Origin: an uncultured Gammaproteobacteria bacterium
Lineage (GTDB): Bacteria > Patescibacteriota > Microgenomatia > UBA8517
Assembly: GCA_964429215.1 (NCBI GenBank)
Contig: CAYSAY010000006.1
Location: 1-55,444 of the forward strand
Direction of reading: 5' to 3'
Length of the DNA: 55,444 nucleotides
Shown: in pieces, positions 38,244-45,973 of the stretch
Numbering within the stretch: position 1 is the first letter of the stretch
How the letters are laid out: every line of letters starts with the position of its first letter
Program-made: the position numbers and the translations under genes
Notes under the pieces: model-generated
The model's input: the letters and a program-made list of their open reading frames with translations, nothing else
What the model was told of the DNA's origin: nothing
The model's database searches: none

Positions 38244-38261
38244 TATGAACACTAAGTGTGA

Positions 38262-38801
38262 ATGAGAAATTATTCTTCAGAAGGCATTGTTTTATCTCAT
38301 AAAAATTTTGGCGAAGCAGACAGACTATTGATTGTACTTTCTAACAATTATGGAAAGTTAAGTCTTGTTGCCAAAGGTGTAAGGAAGATTAAATCAAAAA
38401 AAAGGGGTCAAATTGAAATATTTTCCAAAATTAAATTTAGCGCAGTAAAAGGTCATGGAATAGATATTATGACTGAGGCAGATTTGTTGAATGATTATTC
38501 AGGTGTTCGGGTTAATTTAAATAAAATTTCGCTCGCTTACTATTTCTGTGAAGTAGTTAATAAAATTACCCATGAGGGTGAGCAGGTGTCTCAAGTTTTT
38601 GGACTTTTGTCGTTAGTATTAGAAGAACTTGAACAAACAACAAAACTGAAAGAATTACGGGTGAAGTTTATTTATGATTTGTTAACTGATATGGGTTATT
38701 GGCCAGTAGGAAGAAAATTAACTGAGGCTGATATTGTGTTAGATGATGTAATTGAAAGAAAAATTAATTCTGTCAGAGTTGGTAAGGCTGTGCTACAATG
38801 A
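38262..38801 (+). CDS. recO: DNA repair protein RecO (short form)
   Basis: 179 aa. EGIVLSHKNFGEADRLLIVLSNNYGKLSLVAKGVRK, the RecO N-terminal OB-fold signature. Confidence 0.75.
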   Translation: MRNYSSEGIVLSHKNFGEADRLLIVLSNNYGKLSLVAKGVRKIKSKKRGQIEIFSKIKFSAVKGHGIDIMTEADLLNDYSGVRVNLNKISLAYYFCEVVNKITHEGEQVSQVFGLLSLVLEELEQTTKLKELRVKFIYDLLTDMGYWPVGRKLTEADIVLDDVIERKINSVRVGKAVLQ

Positions 38802-39205
38802 TATATATGAAGGGGTACAAAGCAAATATTGAAAAGCAAACAGAAGAGAATACTAAATTTCGTCAGGTTCGTTACACTTCAAAACATTTGCAGTTAGTAT
38901 TGATGGCATTAAAACCAAAAGAAGAAATTGGTTTTGAAATTCATGAAGAAAATGATCAATTTTTTAGATTTGAAAGTGGGACTGGGCAAGTTACTATTGA
39001 TGAAAGGGTTGCAGATTTAAATAGTGGTGATTGTGTAATTGTACCTGCTGGAGCAAGACATAATATCGTAAACACATCAGAAACAGATTATTTAAAGTTT
39101 TACACGTTGTATAGTCCTCCACATCATAAAGACAAAACTATCCATGAGACAAAGGAAGATGCTTTAAAGGACAAAGAAGAATTTGATGGCGTTACTTCTG
39201 AGTAG
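38798..39205 (+). CDS. cupin-domain protein
   Basis: 135 aa. Cupin motif 2 GDCVIVPAGARHNIVN. ATGA overlap with recO. Confidence 0.7.
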   Translation: MIYMKGYKANIEKQTEENTKFRQVRYTSKHLQLVLMALKPKEEIGFEIHEENDQFFRFESGTGQVTIDERVADLNSGDCVIVPAGARHNIVNTSETDYLKFYTLYSPPHHKDKTIHETKEDALKDKEEFDGVTSE

Positions 39206-39225
39206 AATTGTAATATAATTACCCC

Positions 39226-40584
39226 ATGGACTTGAAAGATAAAATTGCATCACTTGCTAAAAGACGCGGTTTTGTTTTCCCTTCTTCAGAAATATATGGT
39301 GGAATGGCTAATACTTGGGATTTTGGACCAATGGGTACACTTCTTAAAAATAACATTCGTGACTTATGGGTTAAAACGTTTGTAACTGACAAAGATAACA
39401 TGGTGATGATTGACGCTGCCTCAATTCTTCGACCTGAAGTATGGGGTGCATCGGGGCACTTGGCAGGGTTTAACGAAGCGCTCATAGACTGCAAAGAGTG
39501 TAAAAATAGAGCCAGGGCAGATCATTTAGTAGAGAATACTGAACTTGGTATTATGGTTGAAGGACTTTCTTTTGAGGAGCTAGAAAAAATTGTAACCGAT
39601 AACAAAATAAAATGCCCTAAGTGTGGAAAATTTAATTGGACAGCAATCAGAAAGTTTAATCAACTTGTTGAAGTTAAACTTGGTGTTTTGGAAGAGGGTA
39701 AAAACTTGGCTTATCTAAGAGGAGAAATAGCTCAAGGTATATTTTTAAATTTTAAAAACGTAATTGATTCAACTCGCGTTAAAGTTCCTTTTGGTATAGC
39801 ACAAGTAGGTAAAGCTTATAGAAATGAGATAACCATGGGACAGTTTGTTCATAGAAGTTTTGAGTTTGATTTAATGGAGTTTGAATATTTTATCAAAGAT
39901 GAAAACTGGAATGAAGTATTTGATTTGTTTAGCAAAGAAATGTGGCGGTTTGCACTTGATTTGGGATTAAATGAGAAAAAGTTAAGATGGAGAGAACACG
40001 AAGAAACTGAAAGATCTCATTATTCTAAAAAAACTGCTGATATTGAATATGAATATCCATACGGTTTTAAAGAAATGTTTGGTATTGCTTATAGAACTAA
40101 TTTTGATCTTACTAATCATGCTACTAATTCAGGAAAGGACTTAAGTTTTGTTGATCCTCAAACAAATGAAAAATATGTACCTCATGTAATTGAACCAACC
40201 TTTGGATTATCAAGACTTACAGGTATTACTCTTTTTGATGCATATACAGAAGATGGTGATAGAGTTTATCTAAAACTTAATCCTAAAATTGCACCTTATA
40301 AAGTTGCTGTCTTCCCACTTCTTGGAAATAAACCTGAATTAACTAAAAAGGCGAGGGAAGTTTATTCTGAACTTAAGAAAACTTTAAATGTAACCTGGGA
40401 TGATAGAGGAAATATTGGAAAGCGTTATTTTGCACAAGATGAAATTGGTACTCCTTGGTGTGTTACAGTTGATTTTGATACTGAAAAAGACAATTCAGTA
40501 ACAGTTCGTGATCGTGATACAGGTAAACAAGAAAGAATAGAAATTTCAATGCTTCAAGAATATTTTAGTGAAAAGTTAAAATAA
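39226..40584 (+). CDS. glyQS: glycine--tRNA ligase (class II, homodimeric GlyQS type)
   Basis: 452 aa. KRRGFVFPSSEIYGG..NTWDFGPMG; RPETAQG-like LRGEIAQGIF; GKAYRNEI; EPTFGLSRL; RYFAQDEIGTPWCVTVD. Confidence 0.95.
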   Translation: MDLKDKIASLAKRRGFVFPSSEIYGGMANTWDFGPMGTLLKNNIRDLWVKTFVTDKDNMVMIDAASILRPEVWGASGHLAGFNEALIDCKECKNRARADHLVENTELGIMVEGLSFEELEKIVTDNKIKCPKCGKFNWTAIRKFNQLVEVKLGVLEEGKNLAYLRGEIAQGIFLNFKNVIDSTRVKVPFGIAQVGKAYRNEITMGQFVHRSFEFDLMEFEYFIKDENWNEVFDLFSKEMWRFALDLGLNEKKLRWREHEETERSHYSKKTADIEYEYPYGFKEMFGIAYRTNFDLTNHATNSGKDLSFVDPQTNEKYVPHVIEPTFGLSRLTGITLFDAYTEDGDRVYLKLNPKIAPYKVAVFPLLGNKPELTKKAREVYSELKKTLNVTWDDRGNIGKRYFAQDEIGTPWCVTVDFDTEKDNSVTVRDRDTGKQERIEISMLQEYFSEKLK

Positions 40585-40955
40585 TGAAAATTATTAAAAA
40601 AACTGAAGCGATTCATGTAGATAAACCTGAAGGGACAAAAGTAGATTATTATCTTCGCGATGAGTATGAGGTTCATTACAATGAACAGTTTGCAGGTTCA
40701 ACCCAAACGTGGCATCATCATGAAAAAATTTCAGAAACATTATTTATAATTGAGGGTGAATTGACGGCTAAGTGGAAAGAAAATGATGTAGAAAAAACTC
40801 AAATTGTTTCAACTGGAGATCTTATTGAATCAGAAAATACTTCACATACTTTTGTTAATCATACAGATAAAATCGTTAAATTTATAGTTATTAAACAAGT
40901 TTTAACAGGAGAAAATAAAGTCGATCTGCTTAAAAACGATAAAGTGATTGATTAA
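40584..40955 (+). CDS. cupin-domain protein
   Basis: 123 aa. TWHHHEKISETLFIIEGEL (HxH..E) and GDLIESENTSHTFVN. TAATG 1-nt overlap with glyQS. Confidence 0.7.
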   Translation: MKIIKKTEAIHVDKPEGTKVDYYLRDEYEVHYNEQFAGSTQTWHHHEKISETLFIIEGELTAKWKENDVEKTQIVSTGDLIESENTSHTFVNHTDKIVKFIVIKQVLTGENKVDLLKNDKVID

Positions 40956-40957
40956 CC

Positions 40958-40994
40958 ATACCGAGGTGGCAATAGTAATCCACTCCCGAAGTGG
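40958..40994. repeat. 37-nt repeat copy 1 (ATACCGAGGTGGCAATAGTAATCCACTCCCGAAGTGG) with an internal hairpin
   Basis: Identical to 41680..41716, same orientation. CCACT / AGTGG 5-bp stem with CCCGA loop. Alternative pairing GGTGG / CCACT. Confidence 0.9.
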
Positions 40995-40997
40995 AAT

Positions 40998-41669
40998 TTA
41001 ATCAAAAGTTAGATGCTTTATATTTTCCAATTCTTTTTGATAATCAGCGTTATCTGTAACAAAGTTTTTGTATGAGTCGTCGGTTTTAAAACTACTCAAT
41101 ATATCGTCTTTTATACAAAATGGAAATTTAGTTTGATTTAAATATTCTGGAAGTGAGGACCATTCGTATTTTATCAGTTTGTCAATATCTGCAACTATTG
41201 CAGATGAATAAGGATTCAAATGTATATATCTTGAAACATGCAACAATTGTTCTTCACTGTCAATTCTAACAGCTTTAAATTGGCCTTGAAATAAAGGCCC
41301 TACTCTTTCATTTTTAATATTAAAATACCGCACATGGCTATTTTGTAAGTTAGCTAATAATTTTGAAATCCCATTGTCATTATTTTGTTTTAACAGCAAA
41401 TGAAAATGATTTGGCATCAAGCAATACGAAATAATATCAGTATTGGTTTTTTCCTTTGCTAATCTACTCCATATTTCTTGCCTTTGATCACCAGCAAGCG
41501 TCATGAATTTTGAAAATTTAACAGGGTGATCAAGATAATTGTAGTATTTTAGTAGTAATAAAAAACGACGGTATTCATATTTAGATTTAAAAATTGGTCG
41601 TTTATTAACACCGCGATTAAATATATGGTAGTAATAATTAGTTATTAATGGTGTCTGACGTGCTGGCAT
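40998..41669 (-). CDS. HUH-Y1 (IS200-like / REP-associated tyrosine transposase, COG1943-type) transposase
   Basis: 223 aa. YYHIFNRGVNKRPIF N-terminus; HUH motif MPNHFHLLL; catalytic-Tyr region VSRYIHLNPYSSAIV. Confidence 0.8.
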   Translation of the reverse strand: MPARQTPLITNYYYHIFNRGVNKRPIFKSKYEYRRFLLLLKYYNYLDHPVKFSKFMTLAGDQRQEIWSRLAKEKTNTDIISYCLMPNHFHLLLKQNNDNGISKLLANLQNSHVRYFNIKNERVGPLFQGQFKAVRIDSEEQLLHVSRYIHLNPYSSAIVADIDKLIKYEWSSLPEYLNQTKFPFCIKDDILSSFKTDDSYKNFVTDNADYQKELENIKHLTFD

Positions 41670-41679
41670 ATTTCATTGT

Positions 41680-41716
41680 ATACCGAGGTGGCAATAGTAA
41701 TCCACTCCCGAAGTGG
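41680..41716. repeat. 37-nt repeat copy 2
   Basis: Perfect match to 40958..40994 in direct orientation. Its first base abuts the TACAAT -10-like box of the transposase gene (minus strand, 41680..41675). Confidence 0.9.
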
Positions 41717-41724
41717 GATGCTAG

Positions 41725-42453
41725 TTGACAACTAACCTATTTAAATTGCAAAATGATAATATGAATTTAACTTCAAGTAGTAAAAAATATTTTCCATTTA
41801 TACTTTTAGGTGTTGGAATACTTATATTGGTTTTTGTATTTATATTTATTAAAAATAGAAATTCAGATGTTGTGGTTGACGACACAGAAACTCTTGCTGA
41901 AGTTGCATTTAAAGATAGACCATTTGCATCATTGACTCCTACATCTGACGGACATTATATAAATTTAAAAATAGATAAAATAACTTTACCTAAGGCAGTT
42001 TCACTTGATTATGAATTACTCTACTCACTTCCTGATGGTAGAACCCAAGGAGTTCCTGGAACAGTTGATTTGAAAGGTGAGAAATCATTTGAAAGAAAGT
42101 TGCTATTGGGATCTGAATCAAATGGAAAATTTAGATATGATGAAGGTGTTGTTGATGGAAGTTTAACCGTTAGACTTCGAAACTCAAATGGAAAGTTAAT
42201 GGTAAAGTTTTCTACAAAGTGGCATTTGCAATCAACAGATCAGGAATTAACATCTATTGATCAAAACTTCACATATGTAATGGATAAGAAACCAAAAGGG
42301 ATGTACTTTGTAACAATGGAAACATTTGGATTAATGGATAGCACTGTTTCCGAAGTAGCCTCAGGTCCATATGGAATATTTGCTTCAGAAGAATTACCTG
42401 CTGGAACAGCAGAAGGGTGGAAAGTCGTTTCTTCAAATATCTTCTTCAAATAA
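41725..42453 (+). CDS. hypothetical membrane-anchored protein (start uncertain: TTG 41725 or ATG 41761)
   Basis: 242 aa. One N-terminal TM helix (YFPFILLGVGILILVFVFIFI) followed by a probably beta-rich soluble domain. No recognisable motif. Confidence 0.45.
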   Translation: MTTNLFKLQNDNMNLTSSSKKYFPFILLGVGILILVFVFIFIKNRNSDVVVDDTETLAEVAFKDRPFASLTPTSDGHYINLKIDKITLPKAVSLDYELLYSLPDGRTQGVPGTVDLKGEKSFERKLLLGSESNGKFRYDEGVVDGSLTVRLRNSNGKLMVKFSTKWHLQSTDQELTSIDQNFTYVMDKKPKGMYFVTMETFGLMDSTVSEVASGPYGIFASEELPAGTAEGWKVVSSNIFFK

Positions 42454-42526
42454 TTACTACTTTATTTTCTAAATATATATTTTTTGGTTAGGCTTAATTG
42501 ATGTACTTTGTTCGGTGAAAACCCTC

Positions 42527-42555
42527 TTGACAAGTCGTGAAAGAAATATCAAAAT
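42527..42555 (+). promoter_or_regulatory. candidate dcw (mraZ) promoter
   Basis: Perfect -35 TTGACA (42527-42532), 17-nt spacer, CAAAAT (42550-42555), about 65 nt upstream of the mraZ ATG. Confidence 0.45.
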
Positions 42556-42580
42556 GGATAGTAATGGAGGGAAATGGAGG
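42553..42580 (+). promoter_or_regulatory. candidate MraZ operator: three direct AATGGA boxes at exact 10-bp phasing
   Basis: AATGGA at 42553-42558, 42563-42568 and 42573-42578. Boxes 2 and 3 extend to AATGGAGG. The array overlaps the putative -10 and lies immediately upstream of mraZ. Confidence 0.55.
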
Positions 42581-42620
42581 AATTCCACATAACTCACATC
42601 TGCCCAGATGAATAAATATA

Positions 42621-43055
42621 ATGTTATTAGGAACATATCAGGTCAAAGTGTCAGCTTCACGAAGAGTCTTTATTCCTGCCCCCTTTCGAGAAACGTTGGG
42701 AGAGAACTTAATTTTAGCCAAATGGTACGAACAATGTTTGGTATTAATTGCCGATAGTAGCTGGCAGGCTCTTTACAATAGGTTGGTAGGGGATCAGAAG
42801 ATAATTGTTTCTCCGATCCGAGAAACAGAAAGATTTATCTTAGGATCTGCTTATAATACAACACCAGATGAACAGGGAAGAATTGTAATACCTGAATTAT
42901 TATCTCATTTTGCAAACCTAACTTATGAAATAAGTTTCATAGGTTTAGGTGACAGAGTTGAGATTTGGGACAGTAGGATTTGGGAAGAAAAACAAAAGTC
43001 GTTAGCTAAAGAAGCATTTGAAATAATTGAGAATTTGGCAAACAAAAAGGATTAA
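42621..43055 (+). CDS. mraZ: transcriptional regulator MraZ
   Basis: 144 aa. LLGTYQVKVSASRRVFIPAPFRE and a second half DEQGRIVIPELL (two SpoVT/AbrB-like repeats). First gene of a dcw-type cluster. Confidence 0.9.
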   Translation: MLLGTYQVKVSASRRVFIPAPFRETLGENLILAKWYEQCLVLIADSSWQALYNRLVGDQKIIVSPIRETERFILGSAYNTTPDEQGRIVIPELLSHFANLTYEISFIGLGDRVEIWDSRIWEEKQKSLAKEAFEIIENLANKKD

Positions 43056-43060
43056 AGATT

Positions 43061-43924
43061 ATGACAACTAAATATCACGAAACAGTATTAGTTAAAGAGA
43101 TAAAAAAAGAATTACCAAAAGGTAAGGTAATAGATTGCACACTTGGTACTGGAGGTCATAGTGAAGCCTTAATTAGTAAAGGTTGTGAAGTACTTGGAAT
43201 AGAAGCTGATCCTAAAATGCTTGCAATTGCAAAAGAGCGTTTGGGTAAAGATAAGAATCTTGCCATAAATGGTAAAAAATTAGTTTTAGGTAATTTTGTT
43301 GATATAGATAAAATTGCGAAAGAAAATGGTTTTACTGAAGTTGATGGAATTTTATTTGACTTAGGAGTTTCGAATTTGCACCTTAAGAGTGATGATAGAG
43401 GATTCTCGTTTACAGAAAGTGAACAAGATCTTGATATGAGATTAAACCCTGAGGGTTTAGGAGTAAAAGCATCTGACTTATTAAACGCTTTAAATGTAGG
43501 TCAACTTACAGAAATGTTTAGTAAAGTTATGAACCAAGATTTATCAAGAAGGTGGGCTAGAAGAGTAATAAATACTAGACCATTTAAAACAGTTGCTGAC
43601 TTGAAAGTTGTGGCACACGATATGCCACATAAGCAAAGCTTGCCACATAGTGGTAAAAAAAATTTAGATTCTGCAACTTTGCCGATGTTGGCACTTAGAA
43701 TTGCAGTAAATAGTGAATATGAAAATTTAGTTGAGGTGTTGCCAAAAGCGTTTTCGTTACTTAAAGAGGGTGGCAAACTTTTAATAATAACTTTTCATTC
43801 GGGCGAAGAGAAGATATTGGAAAATAATATTTCTGATAAAGGATACATAATATATCCTTCAAATGAAGAAATATTAGAAAATCCAAGATCAAGGAGTGCG
43901 AAATTACATATTTATACAAAATGA
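43061..43924 (+). CDS. rsmH: 16S rRNA (cytosine1402-N4)-methyltransferase RsmH (MraW)
   Basis: YHETVLVKE; DCTLGTGGHSEAL; DGILFDLGVSNLHL; FHSGEE; NPRSRSAKL. Confidence 0.9.
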   Translation: MTTKYHETVLVKEIKKELPKGKVIDCTLGTGGHSEALISKGCEVLGIEADPKMLAIAKERLGKDKNLAINGKKLVLGNFVDIDKIAKENGFTEVDGILFDLGVSNLHLKSDDRGFSFTESEQDLDMRLNPEGLGVKASDLLNALNVGQLTEMFSKVMNQDLSRRWARRVINTRPFKTVADLKVVAHDMPHKQSLPHSGKKNLDSATLPMLALRIAVNSEYENLVEVLPKAFSLLKEGGKLLIITFHSGEEKILENNISDKGYIIYPSNEEILENPRSRSAKLHIYTK

Positions 43925-43965
43925 AAATAAACATTATGAAAATAAACTTTAAAAAAATAAATATT
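43921..43965. repeat. three tandem 15-nt units at the 5' end of the ftsL-like ORF
   Basis: ATGAAAATAAACATT / ATGAAAATAAACTTT / AAAAAAATAAATATT, encoding MKINI-MKINF-KKINI and giving two in-frame ATG starts. Confidence 0.8.
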
Positions 43966-44220
43966 ATTTGGGGTATTAACCTAATAGTTTTTGCCTTTGT
44001 CGTGTTTTTAGGTATCGAGCAAGCTGGTAAGGGTGCAGAAATATCTAAAATAGAAAAAGAACTTGAAACGCAAATTAGTTTAAAGAGAGATTTATCAGAA
44101 CAAATATTTAATTCTGGAAGTGAAAATAAATTGGGAGATGTAAGTGCCGACCAAGGATTTTCAAAACCTTCAAAAGTTGTTTATATGAACTCCGAGGAGG
44201 TATCATTAACTTTAAAATAA
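43921..44220 (+). CDS. FtsL-like small bitopic cell-division protein (positional call)
   Basis: 99 aa. Single TM helix (IIWGINLIVFAFVVFLGI) followed by a short coiled-coil-like segment. Sits in the canonical slot between rsmH and ftsI. Confidence 0.5.
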   Translation: MKINIMKINFKKINIIWGINLIVFAFVVFLGIEQAGKGAEISKIEKELETQISLKRDLSEQIFNSGSENKLGDVSADQGFSKPSKVVYMNSEEVSLTLK

Positions 44221-44227
44221 TTAAGTT

Positions 44228-45925
44228 ATGATTAATAGACTACATGTTGTAATGCTTGTTTTCGCAGTTTTGTTTTCTCTTGTCTTGTCTAAATTATTTT
44301 ATTGGCAAATTGTAAAAGGTAGTGAACTAAAGCAAGAAGCAAGCTATCAATATAATGGATCAAAGAAAATTACAGCTACACGTGGAAGTATCCTAGCGAA
44401 CGATGGGACATGGTTGGTTGCTAATAGGACTAATTGGTTACTTTTTGCAGAAATACCACTTCTTGATAAATCTTCAAAAGAAATTGCAAATATTCTAGCA
44501 CCTTTAATAGTGGAAAATGATTATCCTTCTGAAGATGAATATAAATTAGGTTTACTGCAGGAGATAGATAGATTACAGGAGATGATGGATCGAAAAGGAG
44601 CTGCTTGGGTACCTTTAAAACATAGGATTCCAACTGATATAAAAAATAAAATTGAAGAATTAAATATTAGTGGATTGGGATTTGATCCTGAAGAAAATAG
44701 ATACTATCCAGAAGGATCAGTATCCGCGCAGCTACTTGGATTTGTGGGTAAAGATAAAGATGGCAATGATACTGGTTATTTTGGTCTTGAGGGTTATCAT
44801 AATATTTCATTATCAGGGAAAGACGGATTTATTCAAAGAGAAAAAGATTTAAAAGGTGTACCGTTTGTGTCATCTAAAACCAGTGAAATTAACTCTGTAC
44901 CTGGAACTGAACTTGTAACTTATATTGATAAGAGAATAAGTAATTTGGCAGATATTAAATTACGAGAAGGAATTGAAAAATATGGTGCAAAAGAAGGATC
45001 AGTTGTTATCATGGATCCAAAAACTGGAGGGATTCTTGCTATGAGCTCTTGGCCATCTTATGATCCTGCTAAATATAATGAATATGAAGGAACGTTATAC
45101 AGAAATCCTGCTATTTCTGATAATTTTGAACCAGGATCTGTATTTAAAGTAATTGTAATGGCTGCTGGGATTGATGCTGGCGTTGTTGAACCTGATACTA
45201 AATGTGATATTTGCGATAAGCCTTTAAAGGTTGATAAATATTATATAGAAACTTGGGATAATAAATATCACCCTGATTCCACAATGACTGATGTAATAGT
45301 TCATTCGGATAACGTAGGAATGAGTTTTGTTGCTCAAAGACTTGGAGAAGATAAAGTATATGAATATCTTGATAAATTTGGTATTGGTAAACTAAGTGGA
45401 GTTGACCTACAGGGAGAATCGAATGTTCCACTACGAAAAAAAGGTACTTGGAATATAGTTGATTTGGTAACTTCTTCATTTGGACAAGGTGTTGCCACAA
45501 CACCAATGCAACTTGTAAGAGCAGTTGGTGCAATAGCTAATGATGGATATCTCGTAACTCCTCAAGTTGTAAATAATAAAAAAATTGAAAAGGTCCAAAT
45601 AATTTCAAAGGAAGCTGCAGACAAAATGACAGAGATAATGATGGACTCTGCAACTCACGGTGAAGCTAAGTGGGCTGATATCAAAGGATTTAGAGTCGCT
45701 GGAAAAACTGGAACAGCACAAATTCCAATTGCAGGTCATTATGATGCTGAAAAGACTATTGCAAGTTTTGTTGGGTTTGCTCCAGCGGAAGATCCAAAGT
45801 TTGTTATGATAGTAACTTTAAAGGAGCCACAAAGTTCTCCTTGGGCCTCAGAAACTGCTGCTCCTTTGTGGTATTCTATATCTCGAGACCTTTTCAATTA
45901 CTTTGGCATTCAGCCAGATAATTAG
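44228..45925 (+). CDS. ftsI: class B penicillin-binding protein (FtsI/PBP2-type peptidoglycan D,D-transpeptidase)
   Basis: 565 aa. N-terminal TM helix; SxxK (PGSVFK); SxN (HSDN); KTG (GKTGTAQ). Confidence 0.9.
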   Translation: MINRLHVVMLVFAVLFSLVLSKLFYWQIVKGSELKQEASYQYNGSKKITATRGSILANDGTWLVANRTNWLLFAEIPLLDKSSKEIANILAPLIVENDYPSEDEYKLGLLQEIDRLQEMMDRKGAAWVPLKHRIPTDIKNKIEELNISGLGFDPEENRYYPEGSVSAQLLGFVGKDKDGNDTGYFGLEGYHNISLSGKDGFIQREKDLKGVPFVSSKTSEINSVPGTELVTYIDKRISNLADIKLREGIEKYGAKEGSVVIMDPKTGGILAMSSWPSYDPAKYNEYEGTLYRNPAISDNFEPGSVFKVIVMAAGIDAGVVEPDTKCDICDKPLKVDKYYIETWDNKYHPDSTMTDVIVHSDNVGMSFVAQRLGEDKVYEYLDKFGIGKLSGVDLQGESNVPLRKKGTWNIVDLVTSSFGQGVATTPMQLVRAVGAIANDGYLVTPQVVNNKKIEKVQIISKEAADKMTEIMMDSATHGEAKWADIKGFRVAGKTGTAQIPIAGHYDAEKTIASFVGFAPAEDPKFVMIVTLKEPQSSPWASETAAPLWYSISRDLFNYFGIQPDN

Positions 45926-45973
45926 GTATACTATTAACAATTAATATATTAAAGTCATGAATATTGGAAAATT

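Larger units (their letters stand above)
40958..41716 (-). mobile_element. IS200/RAYT-like minimal element: HUH-Y1 transposase gene bounded by identical hairpin-bearing 37-mers
   Basis: 759 bp in total, containing only the Y1 transposase ORF. Perfect 37-nt direct repeats lie at both ends, in an intergenic position between + strand genes. Confidence 0.6.

Noticed and set aside
40958-40994. The 37-mer as a tRNA-gene fragment or att site of a larger integrated element.
   Set aside because: It has no T-loop-like (GTTCGAATC) or acceptor-stem/CCA features, and no integrase or phage genes are nearby. The repeats bracket only the Y1 transposase gene.
45926-45973. Upstream ATG at 45958 as an alternative murA start, and TATACT/TATATT boxes as an internal promoter.
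   Set aside because: The ATG 45958 frame hits a stop after 6 codons. The -10-like hexamers in this 48-nt AT-rich spacer cannot be distinguished from background, and no -35 partner is evident.
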